In this document: piece by piece, positions 9,479 to 17,166 of the stretch
How the letters are laid out: every line of letters starts with the position of its first letter
Numbering within the stretch: the first letter of the stretch is position 1
Source of the DNA: Candidatus Thorarchaeota archaeon
Lineage (GTDB): Archaea > Asgardarchaeota > Thorarchaeia > Thorarchaeales > Thorarchaeaceae
Direction: 5' to 3'
DNA length: 64,000 nt
Assembly: GCA_029855935.1 (NCBI GenBank)
Contig: JAGSHN010000022.1
Location: forward strand, 9,760 to 73,759
The notes under the pieces: model-generated
The model's input: only the letters and a program-made list of their open reading frames with translations
Databases searched by the model: none
What the model was told of the DNA's origin: nothing
Made by a program: the position numbers and the translations under genes

Positions 9479-9519
9479 GGAGGGACGGGAACCACTACAG
9501 GCGGACGCCCGTCCCCTCC
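9479..9519. terminator. GC-rich hairpin just downstream of the membrane protein gene
   Basis: GGAGGGACGGG...CCCGTCCCCTCC about 10 nt past the stop at 9529, followed on the - strand by a pyrimidine run (TCTTTCTTCTCTGTTTCTC). Confidence 0.55.
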
Positions 9520-9528
9520 AGGCAGGGT

Positions 9529-10158
9529 CTACTCGCCTACGGGCTCGTACTTCCGGCTCAGGAACAGCACAATGAGCACTGCAAGAACCACGGCCGAAAG
9601 TCCCAGTGTTGCGGCCGCGTGGACATACGAGTTGAAGAAGTCCCAGACGAAGCGGAATCCTATGAGCAGACCCGCCATTACGCCACCCAGCAGAAGAGAC
9701 ACTATCATAAAGCGGGCGGTCATCTCCTTCACTGCCCCGATCTCGCTGCCCTCGGTGATAGTGCTGGAGAACACCACGAAGATGAACAAGAACACATACG
9801 CAATCACTATCATCGAGGCGACGTTGAACAGCAGTTCCTGAAGGTCGGGGTACTCGTTGATGTATCCGAGAATGAGAACTGCGCCGATGGCGAAGATGTA
9901 GACGAACATATTGCTGAGCAACTTGTCCTCGGGATGGACAAAGCCCGTGAGCTCGGTGAATGTGTTGATTATGCTCATCAGCAACACAAGGCCCAGAATC
10001 ACAACGGATGCAAGCCACAGGTAGTACGGCAGCCTCCAGAGACTGCTGGTGAACTCCACATCTGCAGTGAGAAGCAGAAGTTTCACACCTGCGGATACAG
10101 CGAGTATCGTGAGTCCGACACCGGAAAGAACGTTACTAATGGTCGTCAGCCTAACCAC
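9529..10158 (-). CDS. Hypothetical 6-TM membrane protein
   Basis: Six hydrophobic segments; GTG start with GGGAG upstream. Confidence 0.75.
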   Translation of the reverse strand: MVRLTTISNVLSGVGLTILAVSAGVKLLLLTADVEFTSSLWRLPYYLWLASVVILGLVLLMSIINTFTELTGFVHPEDKLLSNMFVYIFAIGAVLILGYINEYPDLQELLFNVASMIVIAYVFLFIFVVFSSTITEGSEIGAVKEMTARFMIVSLLLGGVMAGLLIGFRFVWDFFNSYVHAAATLGLSAVVLAVLIVLFLSRKYEPVGE

Positions 10159-10321
10159 TGTCTTCAGACTCCCACAATTGCTTTGGTACCCTTGAAGGGG
10201 ATGGTCCCATATTAACTAATTGCATAGGTTCCCACCCGCAGCTGGCCTCCACAACCGTAGGCTCAGCCACAGTGTTCCCGTCAGACGGGGCACGGGTGAG
10301 ATTTATGCGACCGGCTGAGAA

Positions 10322-11524
10322 CTACTCTTCCACCGGCAGGTGCGCCTCGGGCATAAAGTAGGTCCCTACAACTGCAACTAGGATCAGCAGCGCAACGGCA
10401 ACGCCAAGCCCGGGCAGACCGTAGCCCGAGTACGCAAAGGCACCGAGCGCCGGCCCAATGATCATGCCGGAGCCAAAGAAGATGCTGTAGACACCCATCG
10501 TACTGCCTCGAGACTCCGGATCCGACACGTCCGTGAGATAGGCCATGGCTGCTGGGGGGAAGGCACCCGCTACGAAACCGAGCAGGGGCAAGACTGGCCA
10601 GATGCTCCAGAGAGCGGCAAAGTCCCCCGCATAGGCCACAAGTAGGAACGCCAGAACCCCGAACCCTACCAGTCCGAGGACTATGAAGGGCCTCCGCTTC
10701 ATCAGACGGTCAGAGAGATGGCCCATCGTGATTATCCCCGCGAACAGTGCTGCACCCAGCATTCCAAAGAGTACGAGCATATCAGTGGCTGTCAGTGCGA
10801 AATGCTCCTCGATGATTGTCTCGGCCTTGGTGATGACAAGTCCGTAGAGCGAGATTATCGGCACGTAGACCGGTATCATCAGCTGTATCCTGCGGTCGCT
10901 GGCCACCTTGCGCAGAAGCTCTGTGATGCGATAGTCGTGGCGTATTGTGACTGATGTCTCCTTGATGCCGATGACCGAGAGGCCAGCAGCAAAGAAGCAT
11001 GTGAGAGAGGCAGCAAGTAGGATGCTGACAGGGAGGACTCCAAACTCAAGCAGGATCACACCAAGGCCGTAGCCACCGGCAAGGCCCATCAGCGTGGAGA
11101 GGTCATAGTATCCCATCAGTCGGGCACGGTTGAACTCAGACGACGAGTCTGCAATGATGGAGAGGCTGGTAGTCACCTGGGCTGCGGCGCCCAACCCAAA
11201 TATGACAGCGAAGACGTAGATTATGCTGGACGTCGGCGTCAGCGAGAAACACAGTGCAGCAGTGGCAGTCATCACAAGACTGGCGATGAATATTGGACGG
11301 CGGCCAATCTTGTCAGAATAGGAGCCAAAGAAGGAGACGGTTGCCAGTTCGGTCACCGGATAGACAATCATCACACCAGCGACCTCCCAGTCTGTCAGAC
11401 CCCCAAGATATCCCGAGCTCTGAATGACCGCGATGGTCACGTAGAAGGATGCTCGCATCAGTATCGTCACAAAGTAGAGGGCTATCAGTGTCCACTTGTG
11501 CTCCGACTGTCGCAGACCCATCAT
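10322..11524 (-). CDS. Major facilitator superfamily transporter
   Basis: Motif A twice (GSYSDKIGRRP, GHLSDRLMKRRP); about 12 TM. Start trimmed to ATG 11524 (AGGAG upstream). Confidence 0.9.
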   Translation of the reverse strand: MMGLRQSEHKWTLIALYFVTILMRASFYVTIAVIQSSGYLGGLTDWEVAGVMIVYPVTELATVSFFGSYSDKIGRRPIFIASLVMTATAALCFSLTPTSSIIYVFAVIFGLGAAAQVTTSLSIIADSSSEFNRARLMGYYDLSTLMGLAGGYGLGVILLEFGVLPVSILLAASLTCFFAAGLSVIGIKETSVTIRHDYRITELLRKVASDRRIQLMIPVYVPIISLYGLVITKAETIIEEHFALTATDMLVLFGMLGAALFAGIITMGHLSDRLMKRRPFIVLGLVGFGVLAFLLVAYAGDFAALWSIWPVLPLLGFVAGAFPPAAMAYLTDVSDPESRGSTMGVYSIFFGSGMIIGPALGAFAYSGYGLPGLGVAVALLILVAVVGTYFMPEAHLPVEE

Positions 11525-11596
11525 TCCTGACTCCTGAAAGGTTGGCCCAATGCGATACGCCAGCGTTATAAGTCGTTCTGAGCCATATTGAGGGAC

Positions 11597-11959
11597 ATGC
11601 CAGGAGGCCGGATACCCGAGCACGTCGGAGACATAGATCTCGTCTACGTGGTGCTTTATAGACTGAGGGCACTCACGGACGAGGAGAAGCGTGACTGGGC
11701 CGCGCAGTGGAACGACATCAAGCTGCATCTGCCGAGCGGCCTGAAGATTGTCATAGAGGGGTTCGGTGCGTTCGGTACGGAGTACACCGGCTTCACAGTC
11801 TACGAGGGACCGATGGAGAAGTTCAGGGAGCTCGTCGAGTGTCTGGAGGAACGCGCGGCACCGTATGTCGAGAAGACACAGACGATTGTCGGGACGAAGG
11901 GCTTCAATCTCCCGCTGGCCGGAGTCTGGGAGATACTTGACTCACGACCCATAGACTGA
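11597..11959 (+). CDS. Hypothetical protein (small alpha/beta, possibly ferredoxin-like fold)
   Basis: Divergent from the MFS gene, GTTATAAG upstream; fold is a guess from the residue pattern. Confidence 0.6.
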   Translation: MPGGRIPEHVGDIDLVYVVLYRLRALTDEEKRDWAAQWNDIKLHLPSGLKIVIEGFGAFGTEYTGFTVYEGPMEKFRELVECLEERAAPYVEKTQTIVGTKGFNLPLAGVWEILDSRPID

Positions 11960-12038
11960 TCACAACGCTTGCCGCTGCCGCCCACTTTTTAGCCTGCTCA
12001 ATGACCGCTGTGAAACAACTGACTCTGGAGGCCGACGA

Positions 12039-13799
12039 ATGCCCAAGACCTGGACTCGCAGCGCAGTGGTGCTCTTTGTTGCCGTGGCCGTCGGGCTCTT
12101 CCTGTTCAACATCGCGCCCCCTGAGATTCAGCCAGGCACCTACGCGGCCGACCTCGCAGTCGACGCGCCAACCGTCTCCACCTCACTGCAGCTGAATATC
12201 TCATTCGTCAGCGCAGGCGACACCACTGAGAAGACACTCTCCATTGTCGGGTCTGGCACCAATCTCACCATCACCTATACCGACATTGTTGTGATCGGGC
12301 CGCGAAACCGCCTCCTCATTGATGTCGCTGTCTCTGGTGAGCCCATCACAGCAGGCCAGGTCCATGCGGTGCTCCATCTCCCAGAGGACGTGGAGGTGAG
12401 TCTGAGACCTACCAGGCAGGTCGGGGACACGTTCAAGATTGAGTACCAGCCTCTCGTCCACTCCAAAGACGCAGCACTTCTTCTTGGCATTGTTGCCGTC
12501 CTGTGGTTCACAGAGGGGATAAGCCTCGTGGCCACGTCAGTATTGATACCGATACTCATTGTAGTCCTGAACATCCAGGGCGCCCGGACCGTCCTTGCAG
12601 CCTTCTTCGACCCGGCTGTGGCGCTCATCCTCGGCGGTTTCCTCATCGGCCGAGCGCTCAGCAAGTACGAGCTTGACAAGAGGATAGCACTGCTGCTCCT
12701 CTCGAGGGGCGGCGGCTCGGGTGGCAGGCTCGTGCTCACCGTGATGGCAGCCTCCGCATTTCTCTCGATGTGGATCAGCAACACGGCATCAGCGGCGATA
12801 ATGATACCGATCGCGCTGGCCGTCATATCACGAATCCGCACAGAGGAGGTGAGGACAAGGTATGGAAAGGCCATTGTCCTAGGTGTGGCCTATTCGGCGA
12901 CACTCGGTGGTGTGGCGACACTGGTCGGGTCGCCCCCAAACCCGCTGGCGGCGTCGTACATCAGTTCGTTCATCGGGATCGAGTTCTCGTTCATGAGTTG
13001 GCTGCCGTTCGGCCTACCTGTGGTCCTCATTCTACTACCCGTCATGTGGCAATGGCTCCTCTTCAGGTTCAAGGTGCCAACGGACGTGGAGGAGGTCAGA
13101 GTCCTCCATGAGACGTCCCGCAAAGAGTACGAGCGGCTCGGCCCTGTGACTAGGGAACAGAAACTCGTCATCACAATCTTTGTCGCTGTTGTGGTGCTGT
13201 GGTTCACCGAGAAGGTGCCCGATGTGATCGCAGCCCCCACTGGATGGAGCGGTCACGGCATTCCAAGCTCCATAGTGGCACTACTCGGTGGTCTCGCCCT
13301 CCTCGTGACTGGACTACTCGATGAGAGCGACGTCTCGCACGAGATAGGATGGTCATCGCTGCTGATTCTCGGGAGCGGCATTGCCCTCGGCGGAGCGATG
13401 ATTGATACGGGCCTGTCCACCTTCATAGCCCATCATCTGGCGGTCTTGGGCGCTCTGCCTCCACTGCTGATAGTCATAGTCGTCGGCGTTGTGGCCGTCC
13501 TCGTCACGATGGTGGCATCTAACACCGGTGCTGCAGTGATACTCATCCCAATCGCAATTCCGTTGGCCATAGAACTGGGAATCGACCCAATACTGATCAC
13601 GATGGTCATAGCAATCTCGGTCTCGATGGACTATGCCTTACCGACAGGAACTCCGCCGTCGACGATAGCATACAGTACAGGGAAGGTAGGGCTGAGAGAG
13701 ATGGTGACCACTGGTCTTGTTGTCGACCTGATCGCCGTCCTAGTCGTCACCATCGTGGTGGTCTATCTGTGGGTGCTTCTTGGTCTCGTCATCCTCTGA
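12039..13799 (+). CDS. SLC13/DASS family Na+/dicarboxylate or sulfate symporter with N-terminal soluble insertion
   Basis: SMWISNTAS, GSPPN, ASNT and LPTGTPPS motifs. Confidence 0.9.
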   Translation: MPKTWTRSAVVLFVAVAVGLFLFNIAPPEIQPGTYAADLAVDAPTVSTSLQLNISFVSAGDTTEKTLSIVGSGTNLTITYTDIVVIGPRNRLLIDVAVSGEPITAGQVHAVLHLPEDVEVSLRPTRQVGDTFKIEYQPLVHSKDAALLLGIVAVLWFTEGISLVATSVLIPILIVVLNIQGARTVLAAFFDPAVALILGGFLIGRALSKYELDKRIALLLLSRGGGSGGRLVLTVMAASAFLSMWISNTASAAIMIPIALAVISRIRTEEVRTRYGKAIVLGVAYSATLGGVATLVGSPPNPLAASYISSFIGIEFSFMSWLPFGLPVVLILLPVMWQWLLFRFKVPTDVEEVRVLHETSRKEYERLGPVTREQKLVITIFVAVVVLWFTEKVPDVIAAPTGWSGHGIPSSIVALLGGLALLVTGLLDESDVSHEIGWSSLLILGSGIALGGAMIDTGLSTFIAHHLAVLGALPPLLIVIVVGVVAVLVTMVASNTGAAVILIPIAIPLAIELGIDPILITMVIAISVSMDYALPTGTPPSTIAYSTGKVGLREMVTTGLVVDLIAVLVVTIVVVYLWVLLGLVIL

Positions 13800-13815
13800 A
13801 CCCAGGGCAAGGCTC

Positions 13816-13830
13816 ACGAAGGGCTTAAAT
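13816..13830 (+). promoter_or_regulatory. BRE-TATA-like promoter
   Basis: ACGAAGGGCTTAAAT about 38 nt upstream of the start at 13868. Confidence 0.45.
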
Positions 13831-13867
13831 CCCAGAGGCAACGCCCTCTGCGGAGAGGCGACAAGCA

Positions 13868-14635
13868 GTGGACTGGATAGCAAAGATCATCAATGGCACC
13901 CCCGACGAGTTCGTCCACGCCAAGGTGCTGAAGTACGGGGTGGGCGAGCATCCCGGACCACGGGCATACCTCACACTATCTTCCAAGAAGGTCGGATTCA
14001 AGGCCGACCTTGATCTTGAGAAGGTCTTTGTCAGGGCGTACGCCCACGCTGCGCCGGACGGCGAGCATAGGGTCTCGGGAGTCATCACGACGTACACGGA
14101 CCGGCAAGACGCCTTCAGCAGTGTCCCCGTGCCGCTCGACTGGCGCAAGGCAAAGGGAAAGGGAGCCACCACGTACAAGGCCAAGCTGAAGGCGGTACTC
14201 AGCAGAGGCGATCTTGAGGCCCTGCTCTCGGTTGATGATCCCACGACATTCTATCTACTCACGCTCGTTCCTGCAGATGGGGCGAAGCCTTGGAAGGTCG
14301 CAACAAAGACCAAGTTCCCGAAGACACCCGCGGCTGTTGAGGATGAGTCCGCCGAGAAGGACCCTGTGTTCTGCAAGGGTGCTCTTGGTCGGACCGAGGA
14401 GGTGATGAAGTTCCTGTATCGGGAGGTACTGCCTGATGTTGCTGATATCATCTCTGACAAGACGAAGAGGGTCAAGGTCAGACACAAGATTGTCATCGAG
14501 GACATCGAGATACCTGATGATGCGGGACTCTCCTTTGCAGAGAAGCGACGTCTGGCCAAGAAGACAGGACGACTCGTGCGCGTCGTCGACGTCGATGGCG
14601 AGGTGCACACTGGAGAGTACCCGTTCCGCGCATAG
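13868..14635 (+). CDS. Hypothetical basic protein
   Basis: 255-aa Lys-rich ORF with its own promoter-like element; no motif recognised. Confidence 0.7.
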   Translation: MDWIAKIINGTPDEFVHAKVLKYGVGEHPGPRAYLTLSSKKVGFKADLDLEKVFVRAYAHAAPDGEHRVSGVITTYTDRQDAFSSVPVPLDWRKAKGKGATTYKAKLKAVLSRGDLEALLSVDDPTTFYLLTLVPADGAKPWKVATKTKFPKTPAAVEDESAEKDPVFCKGALGRTEEVMKFLYREVLPDVADIISDKTKRVKVRHKIVIEDIEIPDDAGLSFAEKRRLAKKTGRLVRVVDVDGEVHTGEYPFRA

Positions 14636-14647
14636 CGCCGCCATTTG

Positions 14648-14664
14648 ACCGCAAGGTTTAAACC
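14648..14664 (+). promoter_or_regulatory. BRE-TATA-like promoter
   Basis: ACCGCAAGGTTTAAACC about 35 nt upstream of the start at 14699. Confidence 0.5.
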
Positions 14665-14698
14665 TATGCCCCAACGGCTGAGTCCCTGACTCGAAGAG

Positions 14699-14911
14699 GT
14701 GGCACAGATGCTCCAGATCCACTTTGCTACGTTGTTCTTCCCGCTTGCGATTGTGTTTATCGCATTGGGCCTGATAGCCTTTGGTTGGCTCGTAGTCCAC
14801 GTGGAGCACAGCCGCCACTTCTCCACGGCGAAGGTCGTCATTGCTGGCATCATAGGCGCATTCTTCGTCGGTCTCGGCCTCCAGTTTCTCCTGCTGTGGA
14901 TGGGCGCGTGA
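14699..14911 (+). CDS. Small 2-TM membrane protein
   Basis: Two hydrophobic helices around HVEHSRH; promoter-like element upstream. Confidence 0.7.
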   Translation: MAQMLQIHFATLFFPLAIVFIALGLIAFGWLVVHVEHSRHFSTAKVVIAGIIGAFFVGLGLQFLLLWMGA

Positions 14912-15088
14912 TAGCACCGTTCCACGATAGACTGTGCATTGCATCAACAGACCACTCCTTGAGTGATGAGTACTTTCCGATGGCGGCCTGTTTCTGGTAG
15001 GGGATACGTGCAAGCATAATTCATATCTAAAGCAGTGAGCTCTCCTTATAGCTGGAGTTCTTGGACTTGCTAGTGAGGAGAGCAGAGC

Positions 15089-16264
15089 TTGCTTAGCGAA
15101 ACGGACATCAGCAAGATGGCAGGTGACATCCGCCGAAGGATGATTGAGGAGTTCAAAGAGAAGCATGCCTCTCTCCGAACGAGGGCCTTCAGGGTGCCCG
15201 TCGACGAGGCCCGCAGGATTGCAGAGCTCCTGCACTGTCCACTGCAGATTGCCACGTGCGCCTACATTGTGGAGATGGACGGCATCCTGTCGGCCAAGAG
15301 TGCCGCCGACTTGATGATGCTTGAGTTTCGCAGGAGGGCCTCTGTTGGAGAGGAGGTGCCGAATCTTCCTGGCAGTTTGCTTGACTTTGCCATTGAGGAG
15401 AGCAAGTGGATTGAGTACATCTATGGCGGGTTCGCGAGAGCCATAGAACGTCACACCCGCAGCCTGAGCAACCTTGAGGGCGCGCTCAACACTGAGGAGG
15501 CAACGGTGGAGCAGGCTCTGGCCGTCATTCGTGAGAGGAGGCGCATCGCCGAGGGCGCCATTGCACCAATAGTTGAAGAGTGGCAGAAGGATCACATTCG
15601 CTCTCACGGGCTCGACGCGCTCACAGCCTTTGGGCCTGTATTGACGAAGTGGCCTAGGATGACATTCCTCGGCAAACTCAACATCATAAGGAGGCGTACG
15701 CAGGCCCTGTTCAGACTACTTGCCAAGATACTGGCACAGGCCTCCGATTCTGCGACTGTGGACGCGAGCATTCTACGTCTGAACCGACTACTGGACATTC
15801 TGGCCCTCGACTACAAGAAGATGGACTCCACCGCAATAGCGCATCTGCTTCTTCAGATGGCTCCACGGGCCAGCGGTCGTGGCGACAAGGTGGCGTACGT
15901 CATCGTCGGGTCGCCCTCGACAAGAGGCAACAAGGCCGAACCGGATATGACGTCGCCCTTGGACTTCCTTGAGAGGGACATCCACCTTGCCAGGCGCAGA
16001 GGGGATGAGGAACGGGAGAGATACCTAAGCGAGCGCATCGCTCGCGTCATCAGAGTCCTCGAGTACAAGGGGATGGACGTGAAGCAGAGCACCGAGGAGA
16101 TACTGAGGGAGATCGCCCAGCGCTTTGGCCTCAATGTCGAGGTTGCGACACGATACGGAGAGGACCTCATGGATCAGCTCGAAATAGTACCACCGGATGA
16201 GAGAGAGAACAAGGCAGCCCATCTGATATTCGACTTCATAGTGGACCGGATCTATGGCAGGTGA
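15089..16264 (+). CDS. Hypothetical all-alpha/coiled-coil protein
   Basis: 391-aa helical ORF, GAGGAG upstream, GTGA overlap with the next gene. Confidence 0.75.
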   Translation: MLSETDISKMAGDIRRRMIEEFKEKHASLRTRAFRVPVDEARRIAELLHCPLQIATCAYIVEMDGILSAKSAADLMMLEFRRRASVGEEVPNLPGSLLDFAIEESKWIEYIYGGFARAIERHTRSLSNLEGALNTEEATVEQALAVIRERRRIAEGAIAPIVEEWQKDHIRSHGLDALTAFGPVLTKWPRMTFLGKLNIIRRRTQALFRLLAKILAQASDSATVDASILRLNRLLDILALDYKKMDSTAIAHLLLQMAPRASGRGDKVAYVIVGSPSTRGNKAEPDMTSPLDFLERDIHLARRRGDEERERYLSERIARVIRVLEYKGMDVKQSTEEILREIAQRFGLNVEVATRYGEDLMDQLEIVPPDERENKAAHLIFDFIVDRIYGR

Positions 16265-17043
16265 AGACACACTTGATACGAGCCAATCCGATGTACTGGC
16301 TTCTCGACCTTGAGACATACGATTTTGATGTGGGCATATTGCGGGGGGCCGACCTGACAGGCAAGATGATTGTGGTGTCGAGCCAGATATGGTCGCTCAT
16401 CAGAGGGGACACGGTCCTCTCGATGCTGATTGGTCCAGGCGTATTCAAGGGTGTAGCAGAACTCGGAAACAGGCGTATCGATCTGCTCGAATACATCGCC
16501 GGGGTGCTCTTTGACCCCAGCGCCCTTCGCGTGAGCGAACCTCTACCACAACTCGACATCGTCAATCCCGAGGTGATAGACCCCCTTGAAACACGGAAGG
16601 TCGAGGAGATTGTCACCATCATCAGGAAGGTCATTGTAGAGAGAGGCAACGTCCTGCCCGGGAATGTCATACTCCATCACGAGCCGAAGGCCTCAGTACC
16701 ATTGACTATGCACGCCCTCGACCTGACCAAGAAGATCAACGTCTCTCATATCACTGGCGTCCAGAGAGCAAGATTCATCCTCGCTGGCACCAACGGCCCG
16801 CTGTACAGGCCTTTCGTCGAGCACTATCGCAACAGGGGCTTCATCAATCCCGAGAGATTGAAGATCCTCGCCGTGGCATTCCGGAAGATGACCGGTTTCC
16901 ACGACGCCGACATCATGTCCGACTGGATGATAGTGGAGAAGGCAGGCACGGAGACCAACACGGGCGCCAAGGCCATTGCCGCCGAGTATCACGATGTGAT
17001 GGAACAAATGAAGCGGAACGAAGACAGGTACCTCTATGAATGA
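16261..17043 (+). CDS. Hypothetical protein ending in an HbYX-like tripeptide (LYE)
   Basis: Coupled to the upstream gene by a GTGA overlap; C-terminus NEDRYLYE. Confidence 0.7.
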   Translation: MKTHLIRANPMYWLLDLETYDFDVGILRGADLTGKMIVVSSQIWSLIRGDTVLSMLIGPGVFKGVAELGNRRIDLLEYIAGVLFDPSALRVSEPLPQLDIVNPEVIDPLETRKVEEIVTIIRKVIVERGNVLPGNVILHHEPKASVPLTMHALDLTKKINVSHITGVQRARFILAGTNGPLYRPFVEHYRNRGFINPERLKILAVAFRKMTGFHDADIMSDWMIVEKAGTETNTGAKAIAAEYHDVMEQMKRNEDRYLYE

Positions 17044-17062
17044 GGAGAGTATGTATCTCCTC
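17042..17062 (+). terminator. Hairpin plus pyrimidine tract after the stop
   Basis: GAGGAGA-gtatgta-TCTCCTC, followed shortly by TCTCCTCCTTCGTCTCTCTCCT. Confidence 0.45.
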
Positions 17063-17166
17063 CAGCCAGCGGGGGTCTCCTCCTTCGTCTCTCTCCTAGT
17101 CCCTCAGCGGGCCCGACCGCAAAGGTCTTTGCCACCGACTGAACGACGCGGGGCGAGGACAGGAAC

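Noticed and set aside
14960-15000. Possible C/D-box sRNA (GTGATGA in an intergenic region)
   Set aside because: No properly placed D box (CTGA) or terminal stem found.
14255-15607. 450-aa ORF on the - strand (and similar long antisense ORFs such as 1130-2095, 17722-18669 and 58242-59000)
   Set aside because: They lie antisense to better-supported genes and show no motifs; these are shadow ORFs typical of GC-rich DNA.
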